The position numbers and the translations under genes are program-made. Positions 38,474 through 52,106 of a DNA stretch of 64,000 nucleotides are shown here, one piece after another. Below the pieces are notes generated by a model. That model had not been told where the DNA came from, searched no databases, and worked only from the letters and a program-made list of their open reading frames with translations. Source of the stretch: Octopus sinensis (Eukaryota); NCBI RefSeq assembly GCF_006345805.1, contig NC_043017.1:31558001-31622000 (forward strand). The letters are read 5' to 3'. Position 1 is the stretch's first letter. Each line of letters starts with the position of its first letter.

Positions 38474-38842
38474 AACGGCAATTTGTCTGTGTGTGTGTCT
38501 GTGTGTCTGTTAGGTTGTACCCTCACCCTGACCACGGCTGTCAACCGATTCTGATGAAACTTGACACACACATAGCCCAATGTCATAATTAAAAACTAAC
38601 GCAACGAAAATTTTGAAAAGTTCCCCCAGTTCTGAAAAAAATCGATAAATTCGACATGGGGTCGAGAATCAGAAACACAAACCACAGACTGTCTAGGGGA
38701 CGCAACTCCACCTTTTTAACTCTCAAAAAAATTTACCATCACTTTTTTTCCAATTGTTTGCTATTTTTTGGCTATAACTCTCTAAAAATGCTTTATAGTT
38801 ATTTCCCTTACAAACCCGAGCAACGCCGGGCGATACTGCTAG
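38462..38842 (+). mobile_element. Non-autonomous Helitron-like element (shared 3' part, different 5' part)
   Basis: Ends CCCGAGCAACGCCGGGCGATACTGCTAG|T. Confidence 0.75.
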
Positions 38843-39114
38843 TATATATATATATATATATATAAATATATGAATAAATAAATGGAGTTTAACGCAGGTG
38901 TAAATCAAATATTTTTACTTTCGACATATTTATTTATTCATATATCATTCAAAATATTCCGCGTAAACACGAAGTTTCTACCTTTATAAACAAGGAGTTA
39001 CAGCATCTTTACTTGTGCGATTTTTGCTACCCTGGTAACTATTTATTTATTTTTTCCGTGTTAATTGTTAACAAAGTAAAAATACACTCATCTATTTATA
39101 TATATATATATAAA

Positions 39115-39390
39115 CAATTGCAGCGTGGAAGGTGTTTATAAGCCATTTAAAAACACACAAAATCCGTTAGATTCTCTTCAACATTTAAATTTAATTTGTC
39201 AAAATCTTTCCGTGCTGCATCGCGGAATTTTTGTCAGTGAACAGGTCGCGGTTGCAAAGCGACGAAAATTGTTTGATAAATTGAATTTTAATGCTGAAAC
39301 GAATCTAACGGTTTTTGTGTGTTTTTAAATGCACCTTTTAATAAGCACCTTCCGTGCTGCAATTGCTTTTGTTTCAGCACATGATCTATA
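39115..39390. mobile_element. Fold-back family P4 copy
   Basis: Homologous to 22085-22362. Confidence 0.65.
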
Positions 39391-39935
39391 TATATATATA
39401 TATATATAACAAATTATTAAATAAAACATATGCATATATACATACATATATGTACGTACCTACATCTATAGATATATATACTTGCATATATGGGTACAGG
39501 ACACCAAAAATACGTCGAACAAAATGAGAAACGAAAACATAATCACAAAACCAAGGAAATGGACATTTTCCTTAAAAACTATGATAAAATAAGTACAAGA
39601 CATACAGCAAAAGAAAATTCCCTTCTTCAGCCGCCTCCTCTTATATGTATATATATATATATATATCTTATATATTATAATATATATATATTATATATAT
39701 ATATAATCTATATATAGTTATATATATATATGTATGTATGTATGTATGTAAGTATTTATGTATACATATATATGGGTAAAAGATTTGCACAGTTTTATGA
39801 TTATACCATATGTTACGTATATATTATATCAGACCTTGATACTGTGTAGACTAACTATATATATAATAGCCTCAGACCGACCAAACCCTTGGAGTGGATT
39901 TCGTACAGGAAAAAATGAAAGAAGATTGTTGTATA

Positions 39936-39979
<44 letters not shown>

Positions 39980-40788
39980 TGTGTGTGTGTGTTTGTCCCC
40001 CACCCCATCATTGCTTGACAACCGTTGTTGCTGTGTTTAAGTACCCATTACTTAGTGGTTGGGCAAAAGATACTGATAGAATAAGTCCTAGGCTTACAAA
40101 GAATAAATCTTGTGGTCGAGATGTTCGACCAACGGTGGTGCTCCAGCACGGCCGCAATCACATGACTGAAACAAGCGAAACAATAAAAAACTATGGTGGT
40201 GCTCCAGCACGGCCGCAAACAAGTGAAACAAAAAAAAAACTATGCTATTTTAATCCCGATTCTATTTCATCTCTATATCTACGGAAGGCATGCTTTCAGA
40301 AAAGCCCACGTTTTGGTTTCCCTCCCTGTCTATCAGTTCTTCTTTGTAATTGATGTCGCTAATGCAACACATTAAATGGTTGAATGGGTTTGACTTTTGG
40401 ACCCGTAGAAATTCAAGCCAAAACATATCAACAATCCCCTAGTTTTTAATTAGTCACCTCGTACGTTGCCATGACTTTGGAATATCTATTATCCTCTGTG
40501 AAAAGTTCTGAAATTATTATCATTAACCATCCTCTCTGTATTGAACAAAAAAATTCTAAAATCAGAAATATAATATAGCTAATTATTTTTTTTCTATTTT
40601 TGATTTACTAAAATTATCTTTCCGTTTTGTTGAAGCCAATTTACAATTCATGTTTGCAATAGAATGAGGTATACAACTGAAAGTGTTTTGTTGTTTTTTT
40701 CTACAAAATGTACTTGTAAGTTACAAAAGATAAGAGTACAGAAATAAGTCAACTCTCCACCTAACTCTTTTTTTACAATTCATCACAG

Positions 40789-40840
40789 TATTCCTCATTT
40801 TACTGCGGGAAATTTCTCTGAAAGAAATCTTAGCAGAAAG
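40789..40840 (+). CDS. Candidate 52-nt internal exon
   Basis: CTAAC branch point at 40761, T-rich tract, CAG acceptor, consensus AAG|GTGAGT donor; two open frames (FLILLREISLKEILAE or IPHFTAGNFSERNLSRK). Confidence 0.45.
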
Positions 40841-40992
40841 GTGAGTAGATTAATGTCATATTTCTTTCATTATTTTATTGCAGTATTTTTCGCCCAACAA
40901 ATTCCTATGAGATTTGGCAGTTATTTCTAGCATGTGGATAGCCTGCTTGAAGGTCGTAGAATCAGGAGGTGAGGGGTTCTTTTATTTTACTT

Positions 40993-41027
<35 letters not shown>

Positions 41028-41327
41028 CTTTCCGAAAAATAGAAATTTTACAAACAACATATTTTTTCAGAATCATAATCTCCATATATTTCTGAATATT
41101 CCCCAAAAGATTCTGAAAAAAGTGAAAAATGTAGAAATAGGGGTGGGGGGCATTAAAATTTTCGCCAATTTTTTTTTTCAGAATCGGTATCCCCATAACC
41201 GAAAACGTGGGTTTACATAAAATTTTTCTTTAAGTGGGAGAGAGGGGTTGGGTTATGTGTCTACCATGTGCGGCATATTCATATAATAATGTATGTATGT
41301 CTGTTGGTCTCATATATATATATATAC

Positions 41328-41365
<38 letters not shown>

Positions 41366-42419
41366 ATACACACACATATACGCACATACATATATACCCA
41401 CACACATGCACACACACACACATACGCACATGCATGCATGCATGCACACGCGCACACCTACACGCATACACACACACACACGCACGTACACATACATACA
41501 TACACACACACATACATACACCCATACACATACATGCATCCTACACACACATACATACACACTCACACATACATACACACACACCCTCACTCACACACCT
41601 GTATGTACGCGCACACACATGCACATACACACACTTCCACACACCCACACGTACATACATACACACTCATACACATACACACACACACACGGGCATACAT
41701 CTATGCACACACATATATACACACATACTCGCATACATTCATCGGACACACTGACACCCAGACATACACACAGACACACTCACACATCCACACACATACA
41801 TACTTACGCGCACACTCGCAGGCGCGCACACAAAACGCGCTTGCGCCGGTTCGCGCACGCATACGCGCTGCATGCACCTCGCTCTTGGACCCGACGAGAC
41901 CTCCCGCTCGTTCCTGGACCGTCGCCTGTCGTTGGGTTCTCCCACGCCGTCTCCGCGGACCACTCTTCCATCTTCCCCTCAGCTGGAGTCCTTTTCCTTA
42001 ACCCCCCCTTTTTTGTTACACACACCCGCACACATCATACACCCACTCACACACACACATGCTTAATTATACATTACTCTTCACACATTCAAATCTACTC
42101 GCCATTAATACTACCCGAGACACTGGACACACACACACACTACTACTCAACACACGCTGGCACGCTCATACGCCCCCACCCCCCTCCCCTCCCTCCCTTC
42201 CTCCTTCCTTCATTGTCTTACTACTGACCACTTGTCTGTTGCCTACTACTGTTCGCCCCTACCTCACACGCCTACACACAGACGCACACACTAACACATA
42301 CATATATTTTTTGTTTTTTTATCTCGCCTCACACACACATACACACACGCACACGCACACACTCACACATACACAACATCTGTTGCGTTACCAACCCTGT
42401 CTCCACTCTTTTGGCTTTA

Positions 42420-42678
42420 AAAACCTACTTTGCTCTTGTTATCGTAAACTTCCTTCCGCCTTTCACCATGTGTACTTCGTAAACACCAGTCGTTTTTTTC
42501 TCCATCTCCTGTTGCCCACTTTGGGATCTTTCTTTCCTTCTCTCTCTTCTTTATGTTTCCGACGAAGAGCTCCGCTCGAAACGCCATAACCTTCCTGCTT
42601 CCATATTTCCTGACGCCTATTAATAATATACTGTAATTGTTCCACTGTTGTTGTTTTTTTTGTTTTCCCGTTTGGATT

Positions 42679-42685
<7 letters not shown>
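42420..42685 (+). mobile_element. Penelope-like P1 fragment
   Basis: GTTTCCGACGAAGAGCTCCGCTCGAAACG hammerhead-like core; homologous to 10203-10412. Confidence 0.6.
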
Positions 42686-42733
<48 letters not shown>

Positions 42734-42749
42734 AGATATATATATATAT

Positions 42750-43367
42750 AATACTAAGCAATTAAGGGTTTAGCAACGAATTGCCTCACCACACCCCGAA
42801 TTTAGAATAGCAGTCAAAGATTTATAGCTATTCTTTCTACTAAAAGGGAGATCTCAGTAAAAACACAGCACTTGAAAGGCAAACAGACAGGTAAGAAGAA
42901 TGAAATGACGGCAATCTATCACACAATTTTAAGTACAATTTAATATCATACAATTTAATATACAATTATTCATAATTGTAGTATCCTACGCTGATGAGAA
43001 AAGAAGTTTGGGTAAGGTAGAATTTTCTAATTCTTATGCTTTCCTAAAACTTGATTTCGAAACGTACGTCCGTAGGTGACTTAAAATTGTATGATAGATT
43101 GCCGTCATTTCATTCTCTCTTACCTGTCTGTGTTTGCCTTTCAAGTGCTGTATTTTTACTGAGATCTCCCTTTTAGTAGAAAGAATATCTATAACTCTTT
43201 GACTGCTATTTCTAAATTCGGTGTGTGGTGAGGCAATTCGTTGCTAAACTCTTAATTGCTTAGTATTACTTAAATTTTCTTCGAATGAGGCTTTTACATG
43301 CCGAAATCTACTTGGTGTAATTAATATTATCCAAATTAATTAATTTCACCCTTTATTGTTTGATAAC
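42750..43367 (+). mobile_element. Penelope-like pLTR with inverted 5' arm, inserted in (TA)n
   Basis: 42750-42934 is the reverse complement of 43079-43268; hammerhead in the loop; (TA)n on both flanks. Confidence 0.8.
42985..43076 (+). ncRNA. Type I hammerhead ribozyme with intact catalytic core
   Basis: Stem I CCTACG/CGTAGG; CTGATGA at 42991; long stem II GAAAAGAAGTTT.../...AAACTTGATTTC; GAAA at 43059; stem III C-GTAC-G; GTC cleavage triplet at 43068-70. Confidence 0.85.
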
Positions 43368-43382
43368 TATATATATATATAT

Positions 43383-43414
<32 letters not shown>

Positions 43415-43450
43415 ATATATATATAATGAATATATATATATATGAATATA

Positions 43451-43521
<71 letters not shown>

Positions 43522-43525
<4 letters not shown>

Positions 43526-43985
43526 ATCCAAACATGACAACACAAAGAGAAAACACAACAACGCGAGGACGTGGAACAAAATATAGTATTATTGGACGCT
43601 CAGGAAAGAAGGAAAGAAGGAGAATTTAACATTTCGAGCGGAGCTCTTCGTCGGAAACATAGGAGAAGGAAAGATCCAGAGAAGGGAAGACAGAGGAAAA
43701 AAATCGCCAAAAATACAAACTGGGACAAGAACGCAAAACATTTAGAAGACGATACAAAAAACACGGACAGGACATTCGAAGCCTTCAATCTTCAGTCAAG
43801 AACCGGATCATCCTCGCAATTTCGGCTGATTAATCTTGAGATTGCTCCAATCTTGCCAGCCCCAACGAAAAACTAAGCTAAGCCATTAGATTCCTTGGAA
43901 GAAAGCTTCGAATATATACGAAACAAGGACGGAAAAACGGACGATGTTACCGCTACCGCTGCTAGACCCCAAAAGGCCATCTATG
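43522..43985 (-). mobile_element. P1 fragment fused to a second pLTR-like fragment, within (TA)n
   Basis: 43522-43710 is homologous to P1; the remainder is unassigned but bounded by (TA)n. Confidence 0.55.
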
Positions 43986-44009
43986 TATGTATGTGTATAG
44001 ATATACGTA

Positions 44010-44145
<136 letters not shown>

Positions 44146-44254
44146 GTATGTATATAAGTATATATATATATATATATAAATAAAGCATATTACTCTACCT
44201 CTGGTATTTGAATACTTTTTTTCCACCTTGTTTCACATTTATTGTTTACTTCGG

Positions 44255-44288
<34 letters not shown>

Positions 44289-44415
44289 GATGTGTGTGTT
44301 GCATGTCCGTGTGAGTGTGAGTGTGTGCGAGCTTTATACTGTACTCTACTACGTTCTTAACATACATACATACATACATACAACATACATACATACATAC
44401 ATATATAATATATAA

Positions 44416-44665
44416 ATATGAGAGAGAATCCACTATATGGACGTCCTTACGCTAAGAGAGATCCGCATGAGTCTCAACCACATGCGGATCTCTCTTTAGC
44501 GTAAGGCCGTCCATATAGTGGATTCTCTCTCATATGTGTATTAATAATATTTACTGAATCTCAGTTTTTTATGCGCTAAACCACTGGTGTTAAATTGGTA
44601 TTTAATTTAAATTGGTATTATTAAATTAATATCCTATTTTTCACCCTCATTTTGGTTTTAATTTT
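44416..44665 (+). mobile_element. Fold-back Penelope-like end (P5-related)
   Basis: Near-perfect approx. 53-bp-arm hairpin at 44416-44535, then an end resembling 30150-30238. Confidence 0.55.
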
Positions 44666-45059
44666 ATATATATAATATAAATAATATATATATGCATATA
44701 TACATACATATATGTACATACCTGCATATATATGTATATATATATATACATGCATTTATGGGTCCAGGAGTAAAAAAAATGCAGATGTATGTATGTATGT
44801 ACGTATACATTAGGGGCTCTTTCAGTTTCTCTCTACTAAACCCACTCACAAGGCTTCGTTTGGCCCGAAGTTATAATAAGGCATTTGCCCATGGTGCAAC
44901 AAAGTGGGACTGTACCCGGAACCCAACCACGCCTGCTCCACCACACAGCCATGCCTACGCCTCAACACAAAGCCAGAGCTTCCTCGCAGCCATAACCGTT
45001 CTTTACTCCAGCTTGGTTTCACTCATCAGATTGCACTCATAATGGAGCACCGTCTCTAT

Positions 45060-45402
45060 ACTCTTTTACTTGTTTGAGTCATTGACTGCGGCCATGCTGG
45101 AGCACCACCTTCAGTCGAGCAAATCGACCCCAGGACTTATTCTTTCCGAACCGCTAAGTTACGGGGACATGAACACAACCGATGTTGGGAGGACAAACAC
45201 AGACACACAAACACACACATATATATATACATATATATACGACAGGCTTCTTTCAGTTTCCGTCTACCAAATCCACTCACAAGGCTTTGGTCGGCCCGAG
45301 GCTATAGCAGAAGACACTTGCCCTAGGTGCCACACAGTGGAACTGAACCCGGAACCATGTGGTTGGTAAACAAGCTACTTACCACACAGCCACTCCTGCG
45401 CC
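45060..45402 (-). mobile_element. SINE A with internal deletions
   Basis: Head and tail present. Confidence 0.85.
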
Positions 45403-45479
45403 AATGTGTTTTAAAACAAATTTTTTTTTTTAGTTTATTATATTGAAGCGAGTACTTATTTCTGTCTGTTATTATTTTA

Positions 45480-45800
45480 TCGTTCTCGATATGAAATGCA
45501 AAGACAATATTGGCGGAAAATGAAATAATTCAACCGGATTTGAAAACAGCAAGATATTATTGTTTCGGTGTAACGCATCTTTGCTCAGACAGATGTAAAC
45601 ACATAATCATTTATATGTGTGAGTGTCTGTATGCGTGTCTGTGTAGGAACATATGCATGATCTCTGTGTGTGCGTGCGTGTTTACAACAGTGTGCGGTTA
45701 GAAGAAATATATTCCAACAATAATGTCGTGCTGTTTTCAAATCCGGCTGAATTATTTTATTTTTCAGTAATATAGTCTTTGCATTTTATATTGAAAACGA
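45480..45800. mobile_element. MITE-like inverted repeat (approx. 90-bp arms)
   Basis: AAATGCAAAGAC...CCGGATTTGAAAACAGCA vs TGCTGTTTTCAAATCCGG...GTCTTTGCATTT. Confidence 0.6.
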
Positions 45801-45889
45801 CGGGAATGATCAAAAATATAACACGGATAGAGAAGCGACGATTGTGTTAGCGGAATAGAATGTGATCAATATGCGGTGAATGGTATGCT

Positions 45890-46093
45890 CTTTGCTTGTT
45901 TCAGTCATTTGACTGCGGCCATGCTGGAGCACCGCCTTGTAAGCCTAGTACTTATTCTATCGGTCTCTTTGGCCGAACCGCTGGTGTTACGGAGACGTAA
46001 GCGCACAAGCATCGGTTGTCAAGCGATGTTAGGGGGACAAACACAGACACACAAACACACACACACATACACACACACAAATATATATATATA

Positions 46094-46141
<48 letters not shown>

Positions 46142-46545
46142 TGTATGTATATATGTACGTATGTATGTATGTATGTATATAGGGAAAGTTTACGAAAAAA
46201 ACAAAAGACGAAGACAGGTGGTGTACAAAACAAACAGATGTATTAGTATAACGCTCAGGAATAGAAAAAGTATTTTACGTTTCGAGCCTACGCTCTTCTA
46301 CAGAAAGGGACACAGAAAAAGCAAGGAGAGAAAAAATGTGTATAGTGGCTAACGATCTATCATATATATATATATACATATATACGATGGGATTCTTTCA
46401 GTTTCCGTCTACCAAATCCACTCACAAGGCTTTGGTGGGCCCGAGGCTATTGTAGAAGATACTTGCCCAGGGTGCCACGCAGTGGGACTGAACCCAGATC
46501 CATGTGGTTAGTAAGCAAGCTACTTACCACAGACCCACTCCTGTG
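45890..46545 (-). mobile_element. SINE A with a Penelope-like P3 fragment (46180-46361) inserted in its internal microsatellite
   Basis: SINE halves flank the insert; insert - strand carries CTTTCTGTAGAAGAGCGTAGGCTCGAAACGTAAAA. Confidence 0.8.
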
Positions 46546-46574
46546 GTATCTAGCTTTTGTCTCTCCCTCGTATC

Positions 46575-47027
46575 TGTCGTTAGACTGCGGCCATACTGGG
46601 GCAGCACCACCTTGGAGAATTTTTTAGTGGGATGAATCGACTCCACTACGTTTCTTCTTAAGTCTACTACTTAATTCTATCGGTGTCTTTTTGCCGAACC
46701 GTTAAGGTTCAGGGACGCTAAAAACACCAACTAAAATTGCAAAGCGGTGGTAATGGACAAACACAGATACAAAGACAAACACGCACACACACACATACAT
46801 ACATACATACATACATACATACATACATACATACATACATACATACACACGCGCACACATATCCTATGGGCTTCTTTCAGTTTTCGTCAACCAAATCCAC
46901 TCTCAAGTCTTTGGTCGTCACACGGCTATAATAGAAGAGACTTGCTCAAGGTGCCAAGCAGTGGTACAGAACCCGGAACCATGTGACCGGAAAGCAAGCG
47001 TCTTACCACACATCCACACCTGTGCCT
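46575..47027 (-). mobile_element. SINE A, older subfamily
   Basis: Diverged head, body and tail. Confidence 0.75.
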
Positions 47028-47962
47028 CTTTAATGCAACTGTGCTGTTTTCCTTATCACAAGAATCTCTGGCAATTTAACATATATCAAAGAATCAAAGA
47101 TCCTTCCCAAAGCATAGGCTCATAAGAGCAGCGATCCTGCTTGGCACTATGAGCAAGTGTCTTCTACTATATCATTTAGATGGGTTTCTTTGGTTCAACG
47201 GAATCTGTAAAGAACTAGGGCGAGATCGTCTGGTTAGAAAGGGCTTTCCGCTGGAAGAGAAAAGCAGGCAAGAGAAAGTCTTAGACTGAGAAGAAGAAGG
47301 AAAAAACGGTAAATGGAAAAAAAAAAGAAATAAAAAAATAAAAAGACAGAGGTGTAGAGAGAGAGCAAAATATGCCGTTTAGCAGAAATGCGACAGGAAA
47401 AATGAGATGAAATAGAAGATCAACTGGAAGATGAGGAGGTACAAAAAATAAGATAGGAAGAAAATGAAAAATGAGGAAGAAATACTCAAATAAGCAAATA
47501 GGTAAATGAAAGGCGATAAGTATTTCCCCATGATTCTTTGTTACACGTCTTTTTCTTGTTCATCAATGGTTTGTTTGCTTAGATTTCTTTCGCTTGCTTT
47601 TCTACATCTTCTCCACCAGCGCCCTGTTGCTCTTACCCCTGACTTTTTCCTTCTCCATTCTGTTAGCCATGTATTACATCGTAACCAACAGGTGGCAGGT
47701 CAAGTTGTCCTCACTGTTAGATTGTTTTTGTTTTATGATTTTGGTTTTTTTTGTTTTTCTCCCAAAAATTCACTTCCTGATAGATGTGTAAATAAAGCAA
47801 ATTCAAAGAATGGTTATTGCATCTCCCGAAAACGGAATCCCAACACAGTAAATACTGACTGTGATTTGAATAAATGTTATTCACTTTACTTCACTTTATA
47901 GAATATATTTATTTCGTTCCATCACTTCAGTTGTGTCTGATGCGAATCCATAATAATTTCTC

Positions 47963-47997
<35 letters not shown>

Positions 47998-48812
47998 TTA
48001 CTACCCACAAGGGGCTAAACACAGAGGGGACAAACAAGGACAGACAAACGGATTAGGACAACTATATCGACCCCGAAAGGATGAAAGGCAAAGTCGACCT
48101 GTTTATCCAATTTTCCTCACAAGTTATGGGGTTATCCAAGGCAGCAGAAATGGCACCGAGACAAAACGTCACAAAGTGGAACCAAAAAAGGTACGTGTTT
48201 GTGAAACGAACTTCATAAACCTTCGTCTATACTTCATCTACGTATATATATATGCACGCATTTATACATACGTGAAAAACAGATAGACACTGGATGACTG
48301 AAGTTGCATATTTGCCTTAGGAGATAACTCGCTGAATATATGTTAACTATTTTCTCCAACTGATAATTCTTTTAAACGTATTCACTAATGAAATTTTATT
48401 TAGAACGGTAGCGCTAGTCGTCTCAACCATGATTCTCTGTGCAGGAATCTATTACAAACAGCATGGCTACTAACGTCATCATCGGCATTGCCGAGAAGAA
48501 CTGAAGCAATAAATAAATAGAAATCGAGAAAGGTAAATTTTAGTCAAGTTATAGAAATTTTTTTGAGACATGAAATCAATATAGACGATCCCACTGTTGG
48601 TTTTATGAAAAGAACGGAAATATACCAGGAAGAATTGCTACCAGGACTAAATTATTTCATGGTAAATCAATTATGTCAGCACCGGTATCATTTGAATGCA
48701 AAAGAGTAGCCGATGTTTTGAAAATTTTCTGCTAATTGAGCAGTGTAAATAACACATGGGGGTGTGCGCAGAAGAGTAAGAATCCAACAACAACGTATCT
48801 ATTTATTTTTAA

Positions 48813-49200
48813 CTAGCAGTATCACCCGGCGTTGCTCAGGTTTGTAAGGGAAATAACTATATAAGCATTGTTAGAGAGTTATAGCCAAAAAATAGCAAAA
48901 ATGCATTAAAAATGGAAAACAAATGATGGTAAATTTTTATTTAAATCGTTGACTCATCGTAGACATTTTTAGCTTATATAATAGCGAAAAAATGCATTAA
49001 AATGGAAAAAAATGATGGTGAATTTTTTTTTTAATCGTAGACTCATCGTAGACGCGCGCTAATACCCAGAAGGGCTCGATATGAATCACGACTATAAGAT
49101 ACCTGGTTTTGGTTAAACTGCACCGCAAAATGTGGGAGTAGTTAGGAATCTAAATCGTAGGAGACAGACACTCAGACAACTTCACTTTTATATATAAAGA
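48813..49200 (-). mobile_element. Non-autonomous Helitron-like element
   Basis: Homologous to 27618-28017; A|TC...CTAG|T on the - strand. Confidence 0.8.
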
Positions 49201-49352
49201 TATATTCTGACAGATTCGAAAACAAATATAACCGATGCTTCTTATTTTTCGTAATCGGAGAACACCTTCTCCCTTTAGACGGTGTATGTTCTGGTGAATC
49301 CCTTTTCTTATGAACACTCGTCGCCTAAAGTGCCGAGGTGTTCTCTCAAGAC

Positions 49353-49353
49353 A

Positions 49354-49425
<72 letters not shown>

Positions 49426-49469
49426 TGATGATGATGATAATGATGATAATAATAATGATAATGATAAAG

Positions 49470-49509
<40 letters not shown>

Positions 49510-49605
49510 TAATAATAATGATAATGATAATAATATAATAATAATAATAATAATAGTAATAATCATAATAAATATAATAATAATAATGACAATAATAATA
49601 ATGAC

Positions 49606-49657
<52 letters not shown>

Positions 49658-49726
49658 GTAGTAATAATAATAATAATAATAATAATAATAGTAATAATAA
49701 TGATGATGATGATGATGATTATGATG

Positions 49727-49771
<45 letters not shown>
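49353..49771. repeat. (TAC)n/(AAT)n/(GAT)n compound microsatellite
   Basis: Directly visible. Confidence 0.95.
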
Positions 49772-50058
49772 GCGATCAGATATCCACGTTCGAATTTGCT
49801 ACAATATGTTAATAATAAATAGATACTTTATTGAAGAGTGTAAATTTATTCCCGAATATGTAAGCATTGCAAAAATAACACCACATGTCTATTCTCCAAA
49901 ATCAGACATTCCTTCAACAATAAACCAGCCTTCTGCAGTTACTGTGCTTCATTACAACCAGGTTGAACACTCTAACGCCGTTATGCAACCACGTATCCTA
50001 GTTGATGGTCTACAATATGCAATTAGAAAGCCTAGCAACAGCGGCAACTGTAAAATAT

Positions 50059-50475
50059 TTATTTCTTTACTACGCACAAGGGGCTACACATAAAGGGGAC
50101 AAACAAGGACAGACAAAGGGATTAAGTCGATTATATCGACCCCAGTGCGTAATTGGTTCTTAATTTATCGACCCCAAAAGGATGAAAGGCAAAGTCGACC
50201 TCGGCGGAATTTGAACTCAGAATGTAACGATAGACGAAATACCTGTTTCTTTACTACCCACAAGGGGCTAAGCACAGAGAGGACAAACAAGGACAGACAA
50301 ACGGATTAAGTCGATTACATCGACCCCAGTGCGAAACTGGTACTTTATTTATCGACTTCGAAAGGATGAAAGGCAAAGTCGACCTCGGCGGAATTTGAAC
50401 TCAGAACGTAACGACAGATGAAATACCGCTATGCATTTCGCCCGGCGTGTTAACGTTTCTGTCAGCTCGCCGCCT
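50059..50475 (-). mobile_element. SINE D dimer with approx. 50-bp target duplication
   Basis: TCTACAATATGCAATTAGAAAGCCTAGCAACAG..GCAACTGT.AAATAT at 50009-50058 and 50480-50529. Confidence 0.9.
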
Positions 50476-51419
50476 ATGTTCTACAATATGCAATTAGAAA
50501 GCCTAGCAACAGTAGCAACTGTGAAATATAATCGTACCACCTGGAAGAGCGAGCAGTATAAGTAACTGAAGTTTATCATGTCAGAGTATTACTCGGTGAG
50601 ATGTTTCGAGAGTAGATCATTTTATTTCTAAGATTCCCACTTCAGAAAATGCCACGTCTATCATGAATGTAAAAAATTAATGAGCTCGTTCCTATGGTGT
50701 TTAATGAAATCACAAGAGAATATTTACACAAGTAAGATCACTTCAATTTGTCAAATTAACAGATGTTTATATACCCTCTCAACAACTGCAAAACAGCCCC
50801 TTGGAGAAAGTGAAGAATTAAAAAAAGAAAAACGAAGGAATAAAAAAATATAAAGCTGTGGTGGTAATGGATTTGGAAAAGAAAGAGAACTATCAGTTAT
50901 GTAGTGTTGTTGTTTTTTTTACATGCAAACAAACAAATAATTACAAACACTGCAAACTAAAACAGAAACAATGTTTAGAGGGGGAAAAGAAAACAGCCGT
51001 GTATAAATTAATCACGCTCGAACAGGTGTTAAAAGCTTTCAGTGAAAAACTCTGGCATCAGACGTGAATTGCTGAAGGAAAAAAAACAAAAATAATTAAC
51101 AAGAAATTCAATCGAATCCAATCATCGGTTTACATGAAGAAACAATCAATAAATGTCACAAAGGAGTTTTATCAGAATACTGTGTGGTTAGAAGAATTTC
51201 GAATGCTATTATTCAACAGCAATGCAGCAACGTTGGTGGAGCTCTTGAAACTGTGATTTTAAAAGTCAGGAATACCTCTGGCATATTTTTGGCACCCCAT
51301 GGTTTCAGGTTCACTCACACTGGGTAGCATTTTAGGTAAGTGACTTCTATTAGGGCCTTGGGATGCTCAATGCCTTGTGAGTTAATTTGGCAGACGGAAA
51401 TGTGCGAAAGTCTGTTTTT

Positions 51420-51695
51420 TATTTAATTTGCTTTTCGCGGGAAGGAATGTTTCATTAAAGTCATGTCTCGCCTTGACCTTCGAAACGCGGAGTAGATGAA
51501 ACAAAGGCGACTGAAGAAGGGGAATTTTCCTTGTATTGTATGTCCTGTACTCTATTTTTTCGTTGTTTAAGAAAAATGTCCATTTCCTTGGTTTTGTGTT
51601 TATGTTTTCGTTTCTCATTGTGTTCGACGTTTTTTTGGTGTCCTGTACCCATATATGCATGTATATATACATGTAGAGGTAGGTACGTACATATA
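51420..51695 (+). mobile_element. Penelope-like P2 fragment
   Basis: Homologous to 23385-23600. Confidence 0.6.
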
Positions 51696-51699
51696 TACT

Positions 51700-52106
51700 A
51701 TTTTACTCTTTTACTTGTTTCAGTCATTTGACTGCGGCCATGCTGGAGCACCGCCTTTAGTCGAGCAAATCGACCCCGGGACTTATTCTTTGTAAGCCCA
51801 GTACTTATTCTATCGGTCTCTTTTGCCGAACCGCTAAGTGACGGGGACGTAAACACACCAGCATCGGTTGTCAAGCAATGCTAGGGGGACAAACACAGAC
51901 ACACAAACACATACATACACACTTATATATATATACATATATACGACAGGCTTCTTTCAGTTTCCGTCTACCAAATCCACTCACAAGGCATTGGTCGGCC
52001 CGGGGTTATAGCAGAAGACACTTGCCCAAGATGCCACGCAGTGGGACTGAACCCGGAACCATGTGGTTGGTTAGCAAGCTACTTACCACACAGCCACTCC
52101 TGCGCC
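51700..52106 (-). mobile_element. SINE A, full length, young
   Basis: Near-identical to 17845-18273. Confidence 0.92.

Noticed and set aside
41234-42227. 255-aa and 319-aa His/Thr-rich ORFs
   Set aside because: Degenerate (CA)n lacking stops by composition.
48445-48532. Exon with CAG acceptor and AAG|GTAAAT donor
   Set aside because: Stops in all three frames; at best non-coding, with no other support.
49806-50093. 95-aa ORF in unique-looking sequence
   Set aside because: No recognisable domain, weak splice context, interrupted by SINE D.
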